IMG/VR virus record: IMGVR_UViG_3300024999_000004
Coordinates: 1 to 64,000 of that record
Length of the DNA: 64,000 nucleotides
Source of the DNA: a virus
Reading direction: 5' to 3' (one strand)
Each line of letters starts with the position of its first letter. Positions within the stretch are counted from its first letter, which is position 1. Below the pieces are notes generated by a model. The model did not search any database. It saw only the letters and a list, made by a program, of their open reading frames with translations, and had not been told where the DNA came from. This document shows positions 36,799 through 44,355 of this stretch, piece after piece. Both the position numbers and the translations under genes were made by a program.

Positions 36799-36847
36799 CG
36801 CCCTCCCCTGCATAGGGAGGGAATCAAAGGATCAAGGAAGGAAAACG

Positions 36848-37159
36848 ATGGAAGCGACAAAACTAGCGGGAATACTCGCAGAACATGCAGCATGGTTGAA
36901 AGACCTCACGAAAGGAGAACGCGCGAACCTCCGGGGCGCGAACCTCCGGGGCGCGAACCTCCGGGGCGCGAACCTCGATTTTTCCTGTTTCCCCCTCTGG
37001 TGCGGGGGGACAAGATTCAAGGCGGGTGACAAGTTGATCATGCAGGTTCTGGCGCATCTTTGCTCCTGGGAAGTATCAGAGGAGGCGAAGGAAGAACTCG
37101 ACAAAGTAAGGGAGTATGCGAAAAAGTCGCATAGAGCGGAGGAATGCGGTATCCTCTAG
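36848..37159 (+). CDS. Pentapeptide-repeat protein
   Basis: ILAEH..WL...GERANLRGANLRGANLRGANLDFS..PLWCG; 15-bp tandem DNA repeat. Confidence 0.85.
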   Translation: MEATKLAGILAEHAAWLKDLTKGERANLRGANLRGANLRGANLDFSCFPLWCGGTRFKAGDKLIMQVLAHLCSWEVSEEAKEELDKVREYAKKSHRAEECGIL

Positions 37160-37190
37160 CCCGCGCGGCTTAATAAGGAGAAAACCTTAT

Positions 37191-37598
37191 ATGGATCTAG
37201 CTATAGGCTACTTATTGTTCCTCGCATTCGTCCCGCAAACAGAAAACGCAACCTTCCATCCTGTCTACGGGGGCTTTGAACAAAGCATTACAGAACCCGC
37301 GTTCGTAGCATCCATGGGCCTTAAGTTCACTCTAGGAAGATTCACGCTCTCCCCTACCATAGAAACGTACACAATGAAAAGCAAGGAATCTCCGTTTTTC
37401 AACCCCTTCCGCTCGGACTATGAAATCAGGGCGGAATTCCGGCTCTCCGATAAGGACGCGCCAACGCAAGTAACGGCGGGCGCATGGCATGAATGCGTGC
37501 ATCCCGTGGACTCCGGGGACCTCCCCTCCGTTGTCAACAGATACGCGGGAGGGGAAACGCGATTTTATCTCAAGATTCAAGGGCTCACGGGTCCCTAG
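37191..37598 (+). CDS. Putative exported beta-strand-rich (outer-membrane-like) protein
   Basis: Hydrophobic N-terminus, amphipathic strands, WHECVHP motif, terminal FYLKIQG; RBS AAGGAG. Confidence 0.5.
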   Translation: MDLAIGYLLFLAFVPQTENATFHPVYGGFEQSITEPAFVASMGLKFTLGRFTLSPTIETYTMKSKESPFFNPFRSDYEIRAEFRLSDKDAPTQVTAGAWHECVHPVDSGDLPSVVNRYAGGETRFYLKIQGLTGP

Positions 37599-37694
37599 GA
37601 GGCCGCAGCGACAATATGCACAGTATATAGAAGGAAGTTGATCCAACTCACGCCTATAGGCCCGAAATTGCCTCCCTGGGCGGCGACTTCGCCC

Positions 37695-37835
37695 ATAAAA
37701 GACCCCGCGCATGGGGATAAAAGACCCCGCGCATGGGGATAAAAGACCCCGCGCATGGGGATAAAAGACCCCGCGCAAAGGGCAAAAGACCCCGCGCATG
37801 GGGATAAAAGACCCCGCGCAAAGGGCAAAAGACCC
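37695..37835 (+). repeat. Tandem array of ~6.5 units of 21-22 bp (ATAAAAGACCCCGCGCATGGGG / ...GCAAAGGG), each a small hairpin
   Basis: Read directly; no spacers. Confidence 0.95.
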
Positions 37836-37866
37836 TATACGGGAGTACAAGAAGGAGCACAGACAA

Positions 37867-38385
37867 ATGAAATTCGAAGAAGGCAAGAGCTACAAAATAA
37901 TAAAAAGTGCGACGAATCCCCCCGGCCCTCCTGTCAGTCTACACGACGGCTCACCTCATCTCTGCACCAAAGCCGTACCCGAAAGTGCGAACGTACACGC
38001 AAGCTTCGATTGCGACGAATCCCCGGCCCTTATGACGATCTACACGCCGGAGGATATGGCGGACTTTCAGGAGGTGGCCACCGCCCGCAACGGAGTATTC
38101 ATGGAAGCTTCCTACTTGGAAGCAGGCAACGAAAGCAACAAATTATTCGGGGTAGATGCGAACCACCTGAAGGACAAAACCATCGAAGTCCTCCGCATAG
38201 GGGAAGGAGAAAACACGGAAACGGCCGTCCTGATGGCCATAAGGAGCGGGGTCCTCACGTCCCGGGATCTTGCGGCCTTCACGGCGTATACGATCAGCGA
38301 AGCCTACGGAAAGGCTCAGATGAGGGAAGCCGCCCCGGATTCGCTCACGGCCCTCATGGAAGCCCTGAAGGGATATCGAGGATGA
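37867..38385 (+). CDS. Early hypothetical protein
   Basis: RBS AAGGAG before ATG AAA TTC; the upstream in-frame extension is only the tandem repeat. Confidence 0.6.
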   Translation: MKFEEGKSYKIIKSATNPPGPPVSLHDGSPHLCTKAVPESANVHASFDCDESPALMTIYTPEDMADFQEVATARNGVFMEASYLEAGNESNKLFGVDANHLKDKTIEVLRIGEGENTETAVLMAIRSGVLTSRDLAAFTAYTISEAYGKAQMREAAPDSLTALMEALKGYRG

Positions 38386-38678
38386 AAACCACGGAAGCAA
38401 GGATATTCTGCGGCAGAGATGCCGAAGGCCCTATCATCATGGTCGGGGGGACGAAGGAAAAAATCTGCGGCATAGACGTGATTCAATACTTCCAGAAGCC
38501 TCCCTACAAGGAGGCTGCGAAGCATACAAAGTATGTATGCTGGGAAGGAAGAATCCGGACGGATATCGTCCCGGGAACCATGCTGGAGGAATCAACGGAA
38601 GACTGCGCAGACCTGATCGAAAGGTTCTTCCCCTACGCCACAATAAAATACGTCACCTTGGAGGAGGTGCTGCAATAG
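38382..38678 (+). CDS. Early hypothetical protein
   Basis: ATGA coupling. Confidence 0.55.
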   Translation: MKTTEARIFCGRDAEGPIIMVGGTKEKICGIDVIQYFQKPPYKEAAKHTKYVCWEGRIRTDIVPGTMLEESTEDCADLIERFFPYATIKYVTLEEVLQ

Positions 38679-38691
38679 GTACAGGGAATCA

Positions 38692-38736
38692 GAGGCCCCG
38701 GAGGCAAGGAATCCATGAATCCGGGGCCTCCATTTT
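38692..38736 (+). terminator. Terminator closing the early cluster
   Basis: GAGGCCCCGGA...TCCGGGGCCTC followed by CATTTT. Confidence 0.6.
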
Positions 38737-38918
38737 AATACAAAATCAAGGATAACTTGGCATGAAAACCCTCGAACGAATTTTTACGATTTTTTATTTT
38801 TTCTTCGCGTATAGAAGGTGTAAGTGTATGATTTTTCATACGCCTGACGATATTTCGACATTCATCGAAATCTAAATATAGAAAAATTCATCGGTATGGA
38901 CATTTTGGAGATAAAAGT

Positions 38919-39886
38919 TAAGTCCTTATATAGAAACAAGTTACGTGAGATTTTGGCGGAAAAATGCATAAAATGAGTTTATTTTAAAGTCATACAGGGT
39001 AAGGAGTTACGCTAAGTTTTTCGTACATATAGAAAATAATATACTGTAAGTCCTTACTGGATAAGGAATTAAGAAAACATTACAATCATTATAATTATAA
39101 TGTTCACATACAGTGACGAAAAACGTAACTCTTTACTGGATAAGGAATTACGTTTTTCTTTGGTGAAAAAATAATTTACTTTTCTGGCAAGAGTGGTGTA
39201 ACTCTTTACTATGCAAGGAATTATTTTACACCGGAATCTGGGTTTTTGGCGCATTTTGCGTGGACGCTAATTCCTTTCTATGTAAGGAGTTATGCATAGG
39301 CACTAAAAATTCCTATCTTTTCCCCAAGATATGCGTAGTTTATACACCAAATTCGGAAACGACCTATGTAAATCCTTACAGGGAAAGGAAATATTCGTTT
39401 GTGTTTTATGCATAAAATATACAGAAAATAGGAAGGTTTGCACTGAATGAGCAAGAGTCAGGGGAGCATAAGAACTCGGGTTCAAAGTAAAGCTACACCT
39501 AACAAGGAGTTATGAAAAAGAGAGTCCGGGGGTCCAGAGGCAGAAATTCAAAGAATACGGGAAAAACGCATACAATTATGCAGTGAGTGGAGATGAAGAA
39601 AAATAAAATTCGGGGCTCGGGGCTCGGGGGTAGCAAGAATCGTACCAAGCGGGAATCTTAGACAAGACTAACAATGAAATAACTCTTTATGTAGCAAGGA
39701 TGTGGGGGCCCTATAGGGAGGGTTTTCAATTATTTTTCTTTTTATTTATATTTTATTACCAAATATGAACATTTCTGAAAAAAGCAAAACATTATAATTG
39801 TAATGTTTTGAAAAAAGTTTTGATTTGGTGAAAAGATATAAATAAACATAATTTTTCGCTGTAATTCGTGGCTATGTATAGAGTTA
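38919..39886. repeat. Ten dispersed 25-bp imperfect palindromes TAAnTCYTT-N7-AAGGARTTA in an AT-rich non-coding region
   Basis: Copies start at 38919, 38985, 39047, 39126, 39199, 39268, 39369, 39488, 39680 and 39862. Confidence 0.85.
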
Positions 39887-40071
39887 AGGTGTTTTTCTGT
39901 TGTTTTTGTTTTCCCTTCTAATGCCTTTTGGCGGAAAAATAGACGTTTTGTCGTATGCATTTTGGAGCCCCGAGCCCCGAGCCCCGAGCCCCGAGCCCCG
40001 AGCCCCGCCAACCAGTAGTCAAGAGCCCCGAGCCCCGAGCCCCGCCCACCAGTATTCAAGAGCCCCCGAGC
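39612..40071. repeat. GAGCCCC heptamer arrays (6x at 39965, 3x at 40023, 1x at 40060) with an inverted GGGGCTC array at 39612, flanking a very AT-rich tract
   Basis: Read directly. Confidence 0.9.
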
Positions 40072-40088
40072 TAAAAACTTAAAACTTC

Positions 40089-40117
40089 TTGACAAAAAAT
40101 AAATTAAAGAGTATATT
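40089..40117 (+). promoter_or_regulatory. Sigma70 promoter
   Basis: TTGACA-17-TATATT. Confidence 0.75.
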
Positions 40118-40141
40118 ATTTAAGTATTAATTACACCGCGT

Positions 40142-40345
40142 TTGATGGAAGCCAAGATGCACGAAGGCAGAAAAGAAGTTAAGGTATTGAAAGTTCCGGA
40201 GGGCGATGATTTTGTTCTCGGCTTGCCGCGTTACTTCGTCCGGGACCTGCACAACCGGGGAGTGGAGTATGTACGTTTCACTGTGAAAGGGGCAGTCATA
40301 ACCATCGAGCCAATGAACCCCGGATTCCTTGCTCCCTCTCATTGA
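40142..40345 (+). CDS. AbrB/SpoVT-like DNA-binding protein
   Basis: KVLKV..GDDFVLGLPR.FVRDL...VRFTV.G..ITIEP swapped-hairpin pattern. Confidence 0.65.
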   Translation: MMEAKMHEGRKEVKVLKVPEGDDFVLGLPRYFVRDLHNRGVEYVRFTVKGAVITIEPMNPGFLAPSH

Positions 40346-40357
40346 TGAGGGCATTAA

Positions 40358-40591
40358 ATGATCAATTTTCACAGTGACTCTCTGGGGGTAGACGGGACAG
40401 TAGACAAGACCGTCAAGATCCCGGAAGGCCGCAGCAAGCAGTTTGTCCTCTCCCTTCCCGTAGCTGCGGTAGACGCCATGAGAGACCTTGGAGCCAAGAA
40501 GGTCAGTGTTATTGTGCTGAAGGAAGGCGGCATACTCATTGTCCCCGTGAATCCTCCCATAAACCATAACCCCTATAAGTTTCCTTCCTAG
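40358..40591 (+). CDS. AbrB/SpoVT-like DNA-binding protein (second copy)
   Basis: KTVKI..GRSKQFVLSLP...RDLG..KV.V...GGILIVP. Confidence 0.6.
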   Translation: MINFHSDSLGVDGTVDKTVKIPEGRSKQFVLSLPVAAVDAMRDLGAKKVSVIVLKEGGILIVPVNPPINHNPYKFPS

Positions 40592-40606
40592 CACGATAGA
40601 TATTCC

Positions 40607-40635
40607 TTGACATAACATCTATTGTATGATAAGAT
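40607..40635 (+). promoter_or_regulatory. Sigma70 promoter
   Basis: TTGACA-17-TAAGAT, extended -10 TG. Confidence 0.75.
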
Positions 40636-40672
40636 AGCCATATATTCCTTGTAAGCCCAGGAGGCTACTACA

Positions 40673-41848
40673 ATGAGCGTGCCCGCAACGAAAGATATTT
40701 CTATTGTCAAGACAATCCTTTCCCACGGAGGGGACTGTGGATGTTTTCCTTGTGTTGAGTGTCCTTTGTCCCAACCAGAGGGCGAATGCCCCCGTGAAGG
40801 TGCTGATGACGACACTCTAAAGCTCGCGCAGGAGTGGCTGAAGAAGCACTCGCCCTCTTCCATTGTCGAGGTCGTAATCGCGCAGGAGGGGGAGTGCCTT
40901 GGGTTTTCTTGTTTCTCCTGCCCTTTGGAGGGCGAATGCGAACTAACTGACGCTTCCTCTTTCTCTGCGGCACTGAAGTGGATGGAGGAAAATTCGCCTT
41001 CCCCCCGCGCGGGCGTCAGCAGCTGGACGAACAACCAAGGCGAAGTCTTCCATATAGGAGACGAAGTTACAGGAGCGGCCTCCCCCGGAATCAGAGGGCG
41101 TATTCATTGTCAGAGCCACGCGCCGGATTTGGTTGTCGTTGTCCTCAGCGGGGATACTGCCCGGGGGTGGGGGAAAAGCCACAGCGACTTCCCGAAGGAT
41201 CTCCCTCCTGAAGCAAAGTGCTGGAATGTCGCGGCGGAGTGTTTACGCAAAGCGCCTGCTGTTCTCTCCGGAGTAGAGGGATTCCGCGACAGCCTCGGAA
41301 CTCCTATTGCTATCGGAGCCCGGATTCTCTGCTCCGATGCATCCGCTGCCTCCGCAAAGGCGGGGGTGGAAATCCATACCTTTGTGGGGATGCTTCCGGA
41401 CGGAAGATACAAGGAAGATCGGGATTTTGGGTGGAGGTATTGCGTTGCAGTCTCCACCCCTCCGGTGGAGGGCGAGGGCTCAGAATTCAAGCCCGGGGAT
41501 TTCGTGAGAAGCGAAGACTACCCTAACTTGAGGGGCTATATTCACTGTATGAAAGCAGACGGTGCTTATATTGTCATCCGCACCGACGGGGAGGGGTGGG
41601 ACAAGAGCACGGAAGCCCTGACACAGGATCTCCCGGAGGGGACGAAATGCTGGAAGGTGAGTGCGGGGAGTTTAAGGAAAGCTCCTGCTTCGGATTATAC
41701 CTCCCGAGGAGTAGGAGGGTCGATGCACGCGCAACTGCTTGCCGGAGGGGAGCGAATAACTCTTGTTTGTCGCCCTTCTCCTACTCCTCTTCTTTCTACT
41801 ACTCAGTCTTTTGACGAAATCCGGCTGCAGCTGCTCAGGGGGATGTAG
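40673..41848 (+). CDS. Modular protein: two Cys-rich repeats plus two SH3-like GW...LP..KCW domains
   Basis: G.C....C..CPL..GEC x2; F..GD.V...RG.IHC...GW.K...DLP...KCW.V x2. Confidence 0.7.
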   Translation: MSVPATKDISIVKTILSHGGDCGCFPCVECPLSQPEGECPREGADDDTLKLAQEWLKKHSPSSIVEVVIAQEGECLGFSCFSCPLEGECELTDASSFSAALKWMEENSPSPRAGVSSWTNNQGEVFHIGDEVTGAASPGIRGRIHCQSHAPDLVVVVLSGDTARGWGKSHSDFPKDLPPEAKCWNVAAECLRKAPAVLSGVEGFRDSLGTPIAIGARILCSDASAASAKAGVEIHTFVGMLPDGRYKEDRDFGWRYCVAVSTPPVEGEGSEFKPGDFVRSEDYPNLRGYIHCMKADGAYIVIRTDGEGWDKSTEALTQDLPEGTKCWKVSAGSLRKAPASDYTSRGVGGSMHAQLLAGGERITLVCRPSPTPLLSTTQSFDEIRLQLLRGM

Positions 41849-41925
41849 AGCATTCTTGCCTGTGGGGTGTTTCCTGCTCGGTGGGGCGAAGTCGGTGACT
41901 ACAGGCGAAAATTTGGAGGATTCAA

Positions 41926-42486
41926 ATGGGCTGGAAGAACACTTCAGGGTATTGTTTCAACATAGGCGATATTGTGGAGGACGCAGAAGATCCCTTGGTC
42001 AACGGGAAGGTTGTGGCTGTAGACTCCTCGGGGAATAATCTTGTCATCATTCGTTCCGATGGGAGGGGGTGGCCCAAGGAAGATCACGATTACACGCAGC
42101 ATCTCCCGGAGGGAACGAAGTGCTGGCATGTTTTGTTGGATGACTTGAGGCCACACAGTACGGAAGCTTCCGGATTCAAGGTCGGAGACTTCATCTGCGA
42201 CAAGAGCAGCAATAATGTCATTGGGCGTATTCTCCTTGTCGATGAGGTCGGGGATTATCTGACAGAACGTGCCGAGCACCTGCCGAAAGGAACGAAGTGC
42301 TGGGGGGTACTGAAGAAGAACGCAGCCATGAGTACGCGGCCATGGCAGGAGATGTCCTTTGCAGGCCACGTCGGGAGCGAGCATATTATCCCCCTCCTGC
42401 GGCGTACCCAAGCAGAAATGAGAAGCGCCCGCGTAGTGGCGGACACCTTTGATAGCATCCGCCTGCAACTTCTCCGTGATTTGTAA
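41926..42486 (+). CDS. Paralog of the 40673 protein (two LP.GTKCW domains)
   Basis: Same repeat and same C-terminus FD.IRLQLLR. Confidence 0.7.
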   Translation: MGWKNTSGYCFNIGDIVEDAEDPLVNGKVVAVDSSGNNLVIIRSDGRGWPKEDHDYTQHLPEGTKCWHVLLDDLRPHSTEASGFKVGDFICDKSSNNVIGRILLVDEVGDYLTERAEHLPKGTKCWGVLKKNAAMSTRPWQEMSFAGHVGSEHIIPLLRRTQAEMRSARVVADTFDSIRLQLLRDL

Positions 42487-42513
42487 TAGCCTACCGTTCA
42501 TTATAAATAGTAC

Positions 42514-42542
42514 TTGACATTACATACAATACATGGTATAGT
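42514..42542 (+). promoter_or_regulatory. Sigma70 promoter
   Basis: TTGACA-17-TATAGT, extended -10 TG. Confidence 0.8.
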
Positions 42543-42615
42543 GAATCCGGCATCCTGTATGGGCGTGCCTTAGTTTTGTACCGCCCCTGACCTAGGGTAG
42601 GGGCATGGAGCCAAC

Positions 42616-42936
42616 ATGAAAATGATCGAGTTCATCCGCAAGACCACCGCCGAAGTCATTGACGACATGAAAGCCCCGTTTCGCATGAGCATGATCTCCC
42701 GGACCTTCGATTCCCTGATCGACAAGGCCGAGGAGACCCGCCTGGACGTGGAAACGAGCCTCTTGGACGAGCGGAAGGCGCTGTCGCTCTCCTCCGACGA
42801 GATCGAGGCGAAGGCGCACATCAAGCAGATCGTCGAGCTTCAGATGAGGCTCGCGGCTGCGGAGGCGAATGCCAAGGCCGTGGGGGCCGAGAAGGTCTTC
42901 GAGTTCGGGGATGCTCCCGCTGGCGGGCAGAAGTAG
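42616..42936 (+). CDS. Coiled-coil hypothetical protein
   Basis: RBS GGAG; biased codons. Confidence 0.65.
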   Translation: MKMIEFIRKTTAEVIDDMKAPFRMSMISRTFDSLIDKAEETRLDVETSLLDERKALSLSSDEIEAKAHIKQIVELQMRLAAAEANAKAVGAEKVFEFGDAPAGGQK

Positions 42937-43003
42937 GGGGCAATTCGGGGCTCCTGCCTGTTTTATTTCTTCCGCTGTATCTCTTGACTTGAAAGGAGTA
43001 AAA

Positions 43004-43411
43004 GTGAGCTATTTCAAGGAAGAATTCGAGGATGCTGTCGGTATCAAGTGGACCAAACGCATCATGGTTGCGGTGGCCGTCCTCGCGGTGTACATTGCCA
43101 TCTCTTTCTTTTCCGGCATCTGGCCCTTCTCTGTTGCGTCGGGCCTTGCCAAGGCCGTGGTGAACGAGAAGGCCATCATCCACAACTACGAATGGTTCTA
43201 CGACCAATTCTCTTCCATTGTCGCGCAGGAGGCCAACGTCGCCGCCATGGAAGGAACCCCTGAGCAGCCGCCGATGATCATGGTCCTGAACAATGCAATT
43301 GCCGAGTACAACAGCAAATCGCGTATGGCTATGACGCGAACCCTTTGGAAGGCGGACGACCTTCCCTACCAGATCCCGTTCTATACCCGCACTACAAGGA
43401 GCCCTGAATGA
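43004..43411 (+). CDS. Membrane-anchored hypothetical protein
   Basis: N-terminal TM; NYEWFYDQ...IAEYNSKS...LP.QI; GTG start with RBS AAGGAG. Confidence 0.65.
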   Translation: MSYFKEEFEDAVGIKWTKRIMVAVAVLAVYIAISFFSGIWPFSVASGLAKAVVNEKAIIHNYEWFYDQFSSIVAQEANVAAMEGTPEQPPMIMVLNNAIAEYNSKSRMAMTRTLWKADDLPYQIPFYTRTTRSPE

Positions 43412-43962
43412 AGAAATTCTTCTCCCTCGTTTTGTTTGTCGTTTTCGCGCTTTCCCTCAACGTCTGCCCGGTTTTAGCCGAAGGCACCCCCGACGCCCGT
43501 TCTCAGGCTGTCACGCAATCACAGGCTACGGCACGTACTGCGAGGACAGCGGTACCCATTCCTCAGCTTTCCTACTTCCAGGAACTCAAGACGGCGGCGC
43601 GGTGGGCGGAAAGATGGGACAAGCCCTCGGTAGTCACCTTTGTCTACCTTGTGTCCTTCGGAAAGGTCTTGGGGTACTACGTTGCCGACGGAAAGCCTGC
43701 GTCCACGAGATCTTATATAACTCCGGAAAGCCACATTGGGGGCGGAGGTACGGCAGGGTACTATGAGGAATCCCTTCCTGATCTCGATGGCACCTACGGA
43801 GAGAACAATGTCGGCATACGATTCTTCACCGCAGAGGGAGTTGCTTCCGAGTGGGGCGGAAACGGGATGTGTTATTTGTACACCGACGCTCCCGCAGACT
43901 TCGGGTACGAGGTTCCCCGGCTTTATAAGAAGGCAGGCGCAGGAGCTGCGGGGAAGAAGTAG
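43408..43962 (+). CDS. Exported hypothetical protein
   Basis: Signal peptide; GYYV.DGKP.S..SY...DGTYG.N..GIRFFT...EW.G. Confidence 0.7.
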   Translation: MKKFFSLVLFVVFALSLNVCPVLAEGTPDARSQAVTQSQATARTARTAVPIPQLSYFQELKTAARWAERWDKPSVVTFVYLVSFGKVLGYYVADGKPASTRSYITPESHIGGGGTAGYYEESLPDLDGTYGENNVGIRFFTAEGVASEWGGNGMCYLYTDAPADFGYEVPRLYKKAGAGAAGKK

Positions 43963-44036
43963 AAAGGCAGGCCCCGGCAGGATATGTCGGGGCGAAGTCG
44001 GCGACTACAGGCGGATTTTTTGAAGGAGGCCTTCCT

Positions 44037-44303
44037 ATGTTGTTCGAAATATCCGATGAGGACATCAGGACCCTTGAGGAGGCTTCCTTTGAACTTGCTT
44101 GGGACACAGCCTACGGGAACGTGGGGGCACGCACAGCCATGAGGTCACTTGACGCCCTCGCACGAAGGATGCGTGAAGCCCAAAGAGAAACCGTTCGTGG
44201 CTCCTCCCGAGCCCGGATTCTTGGAGCCGTCGCATACTTGCTCCTTGCCATGGCCGGTATCCTCGGCGCTTGCTGGTTATATACTCTATCTCTTCCGAAG
44301 TAG
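44037..44303 (+). CDS. Hypothetical membrane protein
   Basis: C-terminal TM; RBS AAGGAGG. Confidence 0.6.
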   Translation: MLFEISDEDIRTLEEASFELAWDTAYGNVGARTAMRSLDALARRMREAQRETVRGSSRARILGAVAYLLLAMAGILGACWLYTLSLPK

Positions 44304-44355
44304 CCGCCTGCCTCGCGGGTAGGGGCTGGTTATTTGCCTTCAGTAAAAGGAGCCT

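Noticed and set aside
37695-37835. Bona fide CRISPR array
   Set aside because: Units are contiguous with no unique spacers and there are no cas genes. Kept only as a possible repeat mimic.
38919-39292. Degenerate CRISPR array (25-bp repeats every 62-79 bp)
   Set aside because: Repeats vary mainly in their centres, spacing is irregular, and the intervening DNA is uniformly AT-rich rather than foreign-looking. This fits protein-binding sites better.
39069-40095. ORFs inside the AT-rich repeat region
   Set aside because: Low-complexity translations of repeats, lacking RBSs.
42543-42615. tRNA or other structured RNA after the promoter
   Set aside because: Only one hairpin (GCCCCT...AGGGGC); no cloverleaf, T-loop or CCA. 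No tRNA was recognised elsewhere by eye.
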